Shown here in pieces: positions 21,878 to 30,564 of a DNA stretch of 64,000 nt. A program made the translations under genes and the position numbers. Position 1 is the first letter of the stretch; each line of letters begins with the position of its first letter. Location: contig OZ242311.1 in NCBI GenBank assembly GCA_965207885.1, positions 4,736,001-4,800,000 of the forward strand. The letters are read 5' to 3'. The notes beneath the pieces were generated by a model. That model saw only the letters and a list, made by a program, of their open reading frames with translations, ran no database searches and had not been told where the DNA came from. The DNA comes from Candidatus Latescibacterota bacterium. GTDB lineage: Bacteria; Latescibacterota; UBA2968.

Positions 21878-22789
21878 ATGTACATTCCAGAAACACTATC
21901 GTCCAATCCAGAATGGGCTGAATGGATCGAACGGCTGCCAGATATCGTCGCTGCGTGTGCAAAGCGGTGGGATCTTCGAATTGAAGACCCCATGACAGAA
22001 GATTATGCCGAAATGTCCTATAGCTATATCGCGCCAGCGACGGATGCGAAGGGCACAGAGGTTGTTCTGAAAATCGGTTCGCCCGTGCAACTGGCGGAAA
22101 TCTGGCAACAAGAGTGCCACGCGCTGCAACTTTGCAATGGTGATGGTACGGTCAAGTTGCTCGATTTTGACGAGGCGTTGGGCGTGTTGATGCTCGAGCG
22201 CGTTCGCCCAGGTGTTCCTCTGGGTGTTTGCCCGGATGACGAGGAGAATACGCGCATTGCCGCTCGGCTGATGAAAAAGTTCTGGCAACCCGTTCCGAAA
22301 GTTCACAGTTTTTGGCCGACGGCTTATGAGATAGATGGCTTTGACAAGTTGCGAAAAAAATACAATGGCAGTACCGGGCCGCTGCCCGAAAAATGGGTTG
22401 TGCGCGCCGAAATGCTTTACGATGAGTTGATGAGCACCAGTACAGAAACGGTTGTTCTGCACGGGGATTTGCACCACTGGAATATTTTGAGTTCAGAGCG
22501 CGAACCCTATCTCGTCATTGATCCCAAAGGTTATTTTGGCGATCCGGGTTACGAGGTCGGTGCTTTTTTGGCGAATTATCCCGACGCATCCTGTGAAGGA
22601 TGTGACCGGGGCGAAATCGATGTTCGCCGCGTGGAGATTATGGCCGAAGAATTGGATATCCCGCGCGAGCGAATTATTAAATGGGGTCTGGTTCTGGCTT
22701 TAATCTGGGCGAGGTGGAGTGAGGATACGCCCGAAGAATTTTGGCGTACAGCTATCAATCGCGCCCAGGCGTTGGATCAGTTGCTTTAG
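21878..22789 (+). CDS. Aminoglycoside/hydroxyurea phosphotransferase, APH(6)-like family
   Basis: VVLKI, LMLER, LHGDLHHWNIL, VIDPKG..GDPGYE. Confidence 0.82.
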   Translation: MYIPETLSSNPEWAEWIERLPDIVAACAKRWDLRIEDPMTEDYAEMSYSYIAPATDAKGTEVVLKIGSPVQLAEIWQQECHALQLCNGDGTVKLLDFDEALGVLMLERVRPGVPLGVCPDDEENTRIAARLMKKFWQPVPKVHSFWPTAYEIDGFDKLRKKYNGSTGPLPEKWVVRAEMLYDELMSTSTETVVLHGDLHHWNILSSEREPYLVIDPKGYFGDPGYEVGAFLANYPDASCEGCDRGEIDVRRVEIMAEELDIPRERIIKWGLVLALIWARWSEDTPEEFWRTAINRAQALDQLL

Positions 22790-22822
22790 GTCGTAGATTC
22801 ATTGTATCTCGCTTTTTGTCTT

Positions 22823-22846
22823 TCTTTGTGTCTTTGTGTCTTCGTG
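22823..22846. repeat. Short 8-bp tandem repeat (tctt[t/c]gtg x3)
   Basis: tctttgtg tctttgtg tcttcgtg, intergenic. Confidence 0.5.
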
Positions 22847-22876
22847 TGAGATATGTATCTAACGAAAGGAGATTTT

Positions 22877-24265
22877 ATGTCTGACCGTCCAAATATTCTG
22901 GTAATTATGTCCGATGAGCACGACCCGGCAGTGATGGGGTGTTATGGGGATTCTATTGTGCAAACGCCACATATGGATCGGCTGGCAGAAGAAGGTGTTG
23001 TGTTTGATGCGGCTTATACGACTTCACCGCTTTGCGCGCCTGCGCGTGCGAGTTTTACGGCGGTGCAATACGTGAGTCGCTGTGGGGTGTGGACCAATGA
23101 TTGTCAGTTGCCTTCTGACGATTATCCTTCGCTGCCTCACGCGCTGAATGCGGTGGGCTATGAATGCTGGCTGGGTGGCAAGATGCATTTTGCGGGTGCG
23201 CATCGCTATGGTTTTCGCGATGTTTATCCCGGTACGAATCAGGGGGACAGGAGTGGCAAGGGCGGGCGGCGAGCGTTCGATGATCTGAGTGAATCGAGTT
23301 TTGGTTGGGAAGGACGGGTGGCGGCTTTTAAGACGAGTGATACATCGCCCGTTTTGGAGAAGGACCGCAAGGTGACGGCGGAGTGCAGTGCGTTTTTGCG
23401 GAATCGCTCGGCGGATGATAAGCCGTTCTTTTTGCTGGCAGGTTATGTGGCACCGCATTTTCCGTTGACTATTCCAGAAGAATATTACGCGCCTTACAAA
23501 GACAGGGTGCCCATGCCCGAGATTCCCGAGGGTTTTTTGGATACGTTGCCGACCAATTACAAGCATTTGCGCGCCGGGTTTGGGGTGACAAAGGCGACGC
23601 CCGAGCAGACGAAGTTGGGGCGGGAGCTTTACTGGGGTTTTGTGAATTGGCTGGACGACGAGATCGGCAAGTTGCTCGCCGCGCTCAGTGATTCCGAAGT
23701 GGCGGATAATACGATTGTGATTTACTGCACGGATCACGGCGAGAACAAGGGCGATCACGGGTTGTGGTGGAAGAACAATATGTATGAGCACGCTTCGCGG
23801 ACGCCGCTGATTGTATCTTTTCCAAAACGCTGGGCAGGTGGGCAGCGGCGGACGGGTGTGTGTTCGCTGGTGGATCTGGCGCAGACCATAGCGGAGATCG
23901 GCGGGGCGGAACGCTCGGATGACTGGGATGGCGAGTCGTTGCTCAATTATCTGGACGATGGGAATAGCGATTGGCGGGATATTGCGGTGAGCGAATACTA
24001 CGCCCACAATATTGCGTCGGGTATGACAATGGTTCGGCAGGGTCCGTGGAAATACGTGTATCACGCGCGGTTTGACGAGGTGCACGGACCCGAACGCGAG
24101 TTGTACAATTTGGAAGAGGATACCGGGGAATTTAACAATCTGGCAAATGATCCCGCGCAGGCCGATCGCATCGCGCAATTGCACGCTTTGTTGGCGAGGG
24201 AATTGAGACGCGATCCCGAAGAGGCCGAGGCGCAAAGCCGAGCGGATTTGGCGAAGGGGTATTGA
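22877..24265 (+). CDS. Sulfatase (choline-sulfatase-like)
   Basis: PNILVIMSDEH, CAPAR, GKMHF, PHFP, TDHGE..GDHGLWWK. Confidence 0.9.
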   Translation: MSDRPNILVIMSDEHDPAVMGCYGDSIVQTPHMDRLAEEGVVFDAAYTTSPLCAPARASFTAVQYVSRCGVWTNDCQLPSDDYPSLPHALNAVGYECWLGGKMHFAGAHRYGFRDVYPGTNQGDRSGKGGRRAFDDLSESSFGWEGRVAAFKTSDTSPVLEKDRKVTAECSAFLRNRSADDKPFFLLAGYVAPHFPLTIPEEYYAPYKDRVPMPEIPEGFLDTLPTNYKHLRAGFGVTKATPEQTKLGRELYWGFVNWLDDEIGKLLAALSDSEVADNTIVIYCTDHGENKGDHGLWWKNNMYEHASRTPLIVSFPKRWAGGQRRTGVCSLVDLAQTIAEIGGAERSDDWDGESLLNYLDDGNSDWRDIAVSEYYAHNIASGMTMVRQGPWKYVYHARFDEVHGPERELYNLEEDTGEFNNLANDPAQADRIAQLHALLARELRRDPEEAEAQSRADLAKGY

Positions 24266-26367
24266 TGGACCTGTCGTTATACGAGACGATCTGGCTGGTC
24301 GGCGCTGTGATTGCCGCCGGGTTGCTCTGGGGCATTTTTGTTTCGGCGATAAAGCGGAAGGGTACGCCGCTGCCGCTGTTGTTGTTGATTTCGGCGGGGG
24401 CACTCTGGTACACGGGGGACGCGTTGCGCATTTTGATCGAGCAGGCTGCGCCGGATGCTGGTGCAGTGAATTATGCGGCGCATCTGGCGCGTTTTGGGCT
24501 GGATTTTTTGCCGTCTGCGCTGCTGGGAACCGTGCTGGCTTTTGCAGATGAGCACAAGGTGGCGCGTGGGTTGCGGCGGTATCTCATTCCTATCACTTTT
24601 GTGCCGGGGATAATCATTTTTTTGATTGGCATGTCTCAGGCGCCGATCAAGCGCGTGAGTTTTAGTCTGTATGCTATTGCTATGCTTCTGTTCTCGGCGT
24701 ATCTCTGCCGGGGATTTGCGATGCGGTCAGAGACAGAGGTGCATAAGGTGTTTTACCGGCTGATGGCATTCGCGCTGACGGGTATCGCGGTTTTGACGGT
24801 TTTTGCGTATCCGCTTGGGTTGCTTCAAAGTGCTGTTGTGGGACCGGTGCTCGCGCTGGTACTTTTTCTTTCGCCTATCGCGCCAGCGTATATTCTGGGT
24901 TATTTTATTTATCGGTACAGCTTTTTTCAGATTGTGGTGAATCCCGCGTTGTTTTATTCCGCGCTGACGGGTATTGTGTTGACGGTTTATTTGCTGGTGA
25001 TCCGGCGCGTTGCAGAGGCATTGGGGCGTCTGGATAGTGGGTTCAGGGTAGAGGTGGTTGAGGCTATTTTGATTTCGCTGCTGATTTTTTTGTTTCAGCC
25101 GATTAAGAACAGGTTGCAGGGGATAATCAATCGCCTGTTTTTCAGGACGCGCTACGAATACCAGCATTTGCTGGGTACGCTGAGCCAAACGCTGAATGTG
25201 CCGCACGCGCTGGAGAATCGGTTGAAGTCGGTGGTGGATGCGGTTGGAACTGTGTTGAAGGTGCATGCTGTTTCGCTGGTGGTGTTTGAGTACGAGGAGG
25301 GGCGGGTGAGTCAGGTGCAGGTGATCGCGAGCAGTGGTTTGCCGGGGTTTGAGCCGCCTGTTACACCGTTTGGGGATGGATACGGGGCGCAGATTGAGGC
25401 GGTGGTCGGCTGGCTGTTGGTCCACCGCCGACCGCTGGATGTGGGCGATTTACATCATCCGGCACTTACTGCAATACTCGCAAAGCAAGGGGTTGAACTG
25501 TGTATTCCGGTGTTGCAAGAGGAGAAGCCGGTTGGTTTGCTCTGTCTGGGAGAGAAGAAGCGCGGGGGGTCTTTTTCTTCCGAGGAATGGGACTTGCTGG
25601 GTACGCTTTGCAATCAGATTGCACTGGCGATTGAAAATACGCGCCTGGTGGAGCGGCGGTTGCAATTGGAGCGGCAGATGTACGAGGCAGAACGGCTTTC
25701 GGCGTTGGGGTTGCTTTCGGCGAGTATTGCACACGAGGTGAAGAATCCCCTGAGTTCGATCAAGGCGATTGCGACTGTGTTGCGGGAGGATTTGCAGGGG
25801 GATCAGACAAAGGCGGGCGATTTGTCTGTGGTGTTGCGCGAGATTGATCGGTTAAACCGCGTGGTGGATCGCTTGCTCAGATTTGCTCAACCCAAGCAGG
25901 ATGATGGGTTTCAAGTATTGAACCTGAAGGCGGTGCTGGAAGATGTGGTGCTGATTTTGTTTCACGAGGCGGAGCGACAGAATGTGGAGGTCTGTTTCGA
26001 AGTGGCGGATGGTCTCGTGGTGAAGGGCGATTCAGAGGATCTGAAGGAAGTGTTTTTCAATTTGATTTTGAACGGTATTCAGGCTATGGAAGGCGATCAG
26101 GTAGAGCGGCGGTTGACGGTGCAGGCGCGGCGGTTGCGCGGGGGTGTGGAGGTGCGGGTGCTGGATACGGGTCCGGGGATTTCAGCGGAGAATCAGGCTC
26201 GCATTTTTGAGCCGTTTTTTACGACGAAGGCTTCGGGTACGGGGTTGGGGCTTGCAATTGTGAAGCGCGATGTGGAGCGCATGGGGGGTGCGATTGAGGT
26301 GGCAAATGCAGATGGGGCAGGAGCGGTGTTTGCGGTTCAACTTCCCGGGGGGGATGATGCAGCATAA
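24265..26367 (+). CDS. Multi-TM sensor histidine kinase with GAF domain
   Basis: Multiple N-terminal TM helices, GAF-like segment, IAHEVKNPL (H box), NLILNGIQA, DTGPG, FFTTK, GTGLGL; TGATG overlap with the sulfatase. Confidence 0.92.
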   Translation: MDLSLYETIWLVGAVIAAGLLWGIFVSAIKRKGTPLPLLLLISAGALWYTGDALRILIEQAAPDAGAVNYAAHLARFGLDFLPSALLGTVLAFADEHKVARGLRRYLIPITFVPGIIIFLIGMSQAPIKRVSFSLYAIAMLLFSAYLCRGFAMRSETEVHKVFYRLMAFALTGIAVLTVFAYPLGLLQSAVVGPVLALVLFLSPIAPAYILGYFIYRYSFFQIVVNPALFYSALTGIVLTVYLLVIRRVAEALGRLDSGFRVEVVEAILISLLIFLFQPIKNRLQGIINRLFFRTRYEYQHLLGTLSQTLNVPHALENRLKSVVDAVGTVLKVHAVSLVVFEYEEGRVSQVQVIASSGLPGFEPPVTPFGDGYGAQIEAVVGWLLVHRRPLDVGDLHHPALTAILAKQGVELCIPVLQEEKPVGLLCLGEKKRGGSFSSEEWDLLGTLCNQIALAIENTRLVERRLQLERQMYEAERLSALGLLSASIAHEVKNPLSSIKAIATVLREDLQGDQTKAGDLSVVLREIDRLNRVVDRLLRFAQPKQDDGFQVLNLKAVLEDVVLILFHEAERQNVEVCFEVADGLVVKGDSEDLKEVFFNLILNGIQAMEGDQVERRLTVQARRLRGGVEVRVLDTGPGISAENQARIFEPFFTTKASGTGLGLAIVKRDVERMGGAIEVANADGAGAVFAVQLPGGDDAA

Positions 26368-27748
26368 AATTCTGATTGTGGATGATGATCCTGCGGCGCG
26401 GTACGGGTTGAAGCGGGCACTTGCTGCGCTGGGGTGTGAGATTGTCGAGGCAGAGGACGGTGAGGCGGCGCTGGTGGCTGTGGCGCAGAGCAATCCCGAT
26501 TTGTTGATTTGCGATATCCAGATGCCGAAGATGGATGGGTTGACGCTGGTGAAGCGATTGGCAGATCAGGGGGATGCGCGGCCGGTTATTGTGATTACAG
26601 CGTATGGGTCGGAGCGGGTTGCTGTGGAGGCGATGAAGGCGGGGGCTTACGATTATTTGAGCAAGCCCTACGATGTGGATGAGTTGCGCTGTTTGGTGGA
26701 GAATGTTCTGGAGACGGTGCGATTGCGGCGGGAGAATGAGACGCTTCGCAACGAGATTCGGCAGCAGTCGGGGTTCGGTTTGCTGATTGGTCGCAGCCGC
26801 GCGATGGAGGGTGTCTATGATTTGATCGGGAAGGTGGCGATGACAGATGCGGGGGTGCTGATTAGCGGGGAGAGCGGTACGGGAAAGGAGTTGGTCGCGC
26901 GTGCGATTCACGAGCAGAGCGGGCGAAAGGCGCGGCCTTTTGTCGCGGTGAATGCGGCGGCGTTGCCGACGGAGTTGATTGAGAGCGAGTTGTTCGGGCA
27001 TGAGAGGGGTGCGTTTACCGGGGCGACTGCGCGGCGGCAGGGCAAGTTTGAGCTTGCAGATGGGGGGACGCTGTTTTTGGACGAGATCGGCGATATGCAT
27101 ATTGAGACGCAGGCGAAGTTGTTGCGCGTGCTGGAGGAGAAACAGTTTGAGCGGCTGGGCGGTTCGGAGACGGTGACGGTGGATGTTCGGATTATCAGCG
27201 CGACGAATAAGGATTTGCCAGCGGAGATTGTAGAGGGACGGTTTCGGGAGGATCTCTTTTATCGCTTGAAGGTGGTGGATATTTTTTTGCCGCCGTTGCG
27301 GGATCGGCGCGAGGATATTCCGCTGCTCGTTCAGCATTTTTTGGCGCGTTTTAATGATCAGCACGGCAAGGCGATGACGGATGTGCCGCCGGATGTGATG
27401 AAGATGTTGATGGTGTATGGCTGGCCGGGCAATATACGGGAGTTGATGCACGCGGTCGAGCGGGCGGTTATTTTTTCGGATGGGTCCGAGTTGCGTCGCG
27501 ATTTGCTTCCCCAAGAGGTTCGGGGCGTTGAGTCTGTGGAGAGTGCAGAGTCTGTCTGGCGAGATGGGGTGTTTTTTCAAGATGCAAAGCAGGAGGTTGT
27601 GCAGTCTTTTGAGGTTGCGTTTATTCGGTCTGCATTGGAATACTACGAGGGCAATATTAGTCGCACAGCACCGGCTATTGGGATGAAACGGCAGGCGCTG
27701 CAACAGAAGTTGAAGGAGCACGGGATCGATCCCGGGATTTATCGTTAG
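26354..27748 (+). CDS. Sigma54-dependent response regulator (NtrC family bEBP)
   Basis: ILIVDDD/DIQMP receiver, GESGTGKE, GAFTGA, LFLDEIG, WPGNIREL, Fis-type HTH. Confidence 0.94.
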   Translation: MMQHKILIVDDDPAARYGLKRALAALGCEIVEAEDGEAALVAVAQSNPDLLICDIQMPKMDGLTLVKRLADQGDARPVIVITAYGSERVAVEAMKAGAYDYLSKPYDVDELRCLVENVLETVRLRRENETLRNEIRQQSGFGLLIGRSRAMEGVYDLIGKVAMTDAGVLISGESGTGKELVARAIHEQSGRKARPFVAVNAAALPTELIESELFGHERGAFTGATARRQGKFELADGGTLFLDEIGDMHIETQAKLLRVLEEKQFERLGGSETVTVDVRIISATNKDLPAEIVEGRFREDLFYRLKVVDIFLPPLRDRREDIPLLVQHFLARFNDQHGKAMTDVPPDVMKMLMVYGWPGNIRELMHAVERAVIFSDGSELRRDLLPQEVRGVESVESAESVWRDGVFFQDAKQEVVQSFEVAFIRSALEYYEGNISRTAPAIGMKRQALQQKLKEHGIDPGIYR

Positions 27749-27777
27749 ACCCTTCCCAGTCCCTGTAACTTGACAGG

Positions 27778-27811
27778 TCCGGAGATACACATTGTGTCTC
27801 CGGATTTTTTT
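27778..27811 (+). terminator. Intrinsic terminator
   Basis: tccggagatac/gtgtctccgga stem followed by T7. Confidence 0.75.
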
Positions 27812-27820
27812 GTGCCTGCC

Positions 27821-27860
27821 GTGCAGTACTCAGTTTGCAGGTGCAATATTTAGTTTGCAC
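27821..27860. promoter_or_regulatory. Candidate enhancer (UAS) for the adjacent bEBP: two tandem 20-bp TGCA-N10-TGCA sites
   Basis: gtgcagtactcagtttgcag followed by gtgcaatatttagtttgcac, about 60-100 bp upstream of the -24 box. Confidence 0.6.
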
Positions 27861-27922
27861 TGATTGGGCGATTTTTGGGTTGGATAGCAGGGAAAATGGC
27901 CTTTTTCGGGGGAAAATGGTTT

Positions 27923-27938
27923 TGGCACGGGATTTGCA
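27923..27938 (+). promoter_or_regulatory. Sigma54 (-24/-12) promoter
   Basis: TGGCACgggatTTGCA is an exact match to TGGCAC-N5-TTGCW. Confidence 0.88.
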
Positions 27939-27994
27939 TATGACGTGTTGTGACCGAGAAGTTTGAGATGTGAACCTCTAAGAAGGAGGCTGAG

Positions 27995-28642
27995 ATGTCA
28001 ACGCTTACATCGACGTTTGCGACCGCGTTTCCAGGCCAGGTTGCCAATTTGATTACTGCGGGCCGGGTGGTTCTGCTGTTTCTGGCTACGGCTTTTGCTG
28101 TGTCTGGAGATGCGATGCTGGCCTGGGTTGCGGTGCCGCTCGCTTTTGTCGCGCTGGTGATGGATTGGCTGGATGGGTATCTCGCGCGGCGATTGGGTTG
28201 CGAGAGCAAGGTCGGGGGGGTGCTGGATATTGTGGGGGATCGGATTGCGGAGAATGTGTGGTGGGTGGTGTTTGCGTGGTTGCATGTCATTCCGCTGTGG
28301 GTGCCGATTGTGGTGCTCAGCAGGGGGTTTGTGACGGATGCGATTCGCAGTTGTGCCCTGACCAGGGGTTTTACGGCGTTTGGCGAGTCAACGATGATGA
28401 AGTCGCGGCTGGGGTTCGCGCTGGTTGCCTCGCGCGTGAGTCGGGCGACGTACGGGACTGCTAAGGTGGTCGCGTTTGTGCTGTTGTTCAGCCTGAATGC
28501 GGCGCAGCAGATGTCGGGTTTGACGCCCGCATTTTTATCGGGTCTTGAGATGGTTGCTGTGGCGGCGACGTATCTGACGGTCGCGCTTTGTGTTATTCGG
28601 GCGATTCCAGTGGTTACGGCTGCGAAACGGGTCGTTGTGTAA
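27995..28642 (+). CDS. CDP-alcohol phosphatidyltransferase family protein
   Basis: ANLITAGR and DWLDGYLARRLG...GGVLDIVGD signature; RBS aaggagg. Confidence 0.9.
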   Translation: MSTLTSTFATAFPGQVANLITAGRVVLLFLATAFAVSGDAMLAWVAVPLAFVALVMDWLDGYLARRLGCESKVGGVLDIVGDRIAENVWWVVFAWLHVIPLWVPIVVLSRGFVTDAIRSCALTRGFTAFGESTMMKSRLGFALVASRVSRATYGTAKVVAFVLLFSLNAAQQMSGLTPAFLSGLEMVAVAATYLTVALCVIRAIPVVTAAKRVVV

Positions 28643-28667
28643 GGTAGCGATTTTTCAGGAGAATGAG

Positions 28668-29678
28668 ATGAAACGGGAAACGCATATTTTGCTCTGTTTG
28701 ATAGGGTTTGCCGGCCTTGGCGTGCTTTTGTACCAGCTCAGTACCCCAGAGGTGTGGCAGCATGTTTTGATGATGGGCTGGGGCTATGTGCCGGTGATCG
28801 TCCTGTCGCTGGTGGTATTTGTTCATCATGCGTGGATATGGCGGGCCTGCTTTGATCGCAGGTCGGAAAGGCCGCGGTTGCGGCAGTTGCTGTGGGTGCA
28901 GTTGGCTGGCGAGGCAGTGGGCAATGTGGCGCCGGCTTCTCAGGTTGGCAAGGAGGTCGGTAAGGCGATTGTGCTGAGAGATAAGATGTGTGTTTCCCGC
29001 GGGGTGTCGTCGCTGGTGGTCAATAAGACGGGTGAGATGATTGGTGGGGTGATTTTTGTGATCGGTGGTGTTGTGATAGGTTTGCAGCGGTTTTCGTGGC
29101 CGGCTGAGGTGCGAGGCGCTCTTATCGCTGTTCTGGCGCTGTCTGTTCTGGGGGTTGTTTGGACGGTTTTCAGGCAGCGCCGAAGTCCCTTTGCGCGGTT
29201 TTTGAATTTGATGCTGTGGTTGCGGCTCAGGTTTTTGGAGCGGTTCCGCGATCACGCAGTGGAGATTGACGAGAATTTGGCGCAGTTTTATCGGTTGAAT
29301 AGGTGGCGTTTGGTGGGGTTGTTGGGCTTACATCTGTTGGGCTGGAGCATGGGGACGCTGGAGATTTATGTGATTCTTTATGTGCTCGGCGAACCGATGC
29401 CGTTTGTTTGGGTATATCTGTTCCACGCGCTGATGGTCGTGATTAATGCGGCGTTCTTTTTTGTTCCGCTGGGGATGGGCGTTTTTGAAGGCGGGCATGT
29501 GTTTCTGTTTCATTTGATGGGTTTGGATCCAAAGATGGGTTTGGCTGTGGGCATTATTCGGCGGGTTCGGAGGCTTTTCTGGATGCAGGTGGGTCTGGCT
29601 CTGCTTCTGATCGGACCGCGGGGCAAGCAGGCTGATGCAGCGCCGAAAAATGATAGCCTTCAGCAGGTGGAGATGTAG
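28668..29678 (+). CDS. Lysylphosphatidylglycerol synthase TM-like / flippase-like membrane protein
   Basis: Polytopic membrane protein with GEAVGNVAP..QVGKE and FFVPLGMGVFEGG...RRVRRL motifs. Confidence 0.78.
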   Translation: MKRETHILLCLIGFAGLGVLLYQLSTPEVWQHVLMMGWGYVPVIVLSLVVFVHHAWIWRACFDRRSERPRLRQLLWVQLAGEAVGNVAPASQVGKEVGKAIVLRDKMCVSRGVSSLVVNKTGEMIGGVIFVIGGVVIGLQRFSWPAEVRGALIAVLALSVLGVVWTVFRQRRSPFARFLNLMLWLRLRFLERFRDHAVEIDENLAQFYRLNRWRLVGLLGLHLLGWSMGTLEIYVILYVLGEPMPFVWVYLFHALMVVINAAFFFVPLGMGVFEGGHVFLFHLMGLDPKMGLAVGIIRRVRRLFWMQVGLALLLIGPRGKQADAAPKNDSLQQVEM

Positions 29679-29731
29679 TGCATCATGCATGACAGACGTT
29701 TGTCAACAAATAGCTAAAAAAGGAGAAAATA

Positions 29732-30259
29732 ATGACACGCTCAATTTCTTACCTGATCTGTGTTTTTTCGATTGTGACCTTCAGTTTCTCAGCTCAGGCG
29801 AAAAAGACTGATCTTACCAAAAGTTATGGTATTGGACTCCAGGGGGCGACACCCACATTTGGTGGGATTAGTTTTCGCTATAACGGACTGGCACCGGTAT
29901 ATCTTCAAACCGTTGGTCGTTTTATTCTCAATGGTCAATATAGCGACCATATGTTGGGCGCTGGCGTTTCGTATGCCATATTCGAGCATCAAAGCCGGTG
30001 GAACGTTGCCCGACTTCATTTCACTCTCGAAGGCGGCTGGCAAGAAAAAAAAGAGGAGGATCTCCGGCAGGAGACTGTCAAAACCACGACGCTGGGAACT
30101 GGACTCGCTTTTGGAGGCGAGATTGTGTTTTCACTGGGGGGTATTCCTCTCGGTTTGAACGTGGAAATTGGTCAGGGGTTTGGTAGGGAAAAAATCGGCT
30201 CTCAATCTAAGGGTCTCGCTGGCGTTTATGCAGGCGGGGGTGTCCATGCCTATTTTTAG
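29732..30259 (+). CDS. Small outer-membrane beta-barrel protein
   Basis: Signal peptide (SAQA), alternating amphipathic strands, C-terminal GVHAYF beta-signal. Confidence 0.7.
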   Translation: MTRSISYLICVFSIVTFSFSAQAKKTDLTKSYGIGLQGATPTFGGISFRYNGLAPVYLQTVGRFILNGQYSDHMLGAGVSYAIFEHQSRWNVARLHFTLEGGWQEKKEEDLRQETVKTTTLGTGLAFGGEIVFSLGGIPLGLNVEIGQGFGREKIGSQSKGLAGVYAGGGVHAYF

Positions 30260-30356
30260 CTATGGCAAAATTGCGGCCTGAGGTTGTCCAAATTATTGAA
30301 AATAAAAATATTTGAAAAACCGCGGGAATGATATATTTTATTTTTGTCAACAGTCA

Positions 30357-30536
30357 AGCAGGTGCCGTTATGTCGGGTATCTGCTGAATACAATAGCCGA
30401 TTTATAGACATGGACTGATCCCCCATGTCTCGGTAAATAGGCAGGACATTCCCGCATTTCTATTCCTGCGTGACTGTTGACAATGCCCGACACCCCTTTT
30501 TTGGGGTGTCGAAACACGCAGTTGTCAACTCGTCAC
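30357..30536 (+). other. Multi-hairpin structured leader (candidate cis-regulatory RNA)
   Basis: Four stems at 30357-30385, 30396-30442, 30441-30469 and 30470-30536, just upstream of an RBS. Confidence 0.45.
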
Positions 30537-30564
30537 ACTGCGCCTTGCGTAGAGGAGGAACGAA

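Noticed and set aside
26347-26353. G7 tract at the kinase/regulator junction as a phase-variation site
   Set aside because: Both genes are intact and the tract lies in the last few codons of the kinase; there is no evidence of slippage.
23024-27790. Long antisense ORFs (23024-24403, 26219-27790 and similar)
   Set aside because: They shadow well-supported plus-strand genes, have no motifs, and are expected from codon bias.
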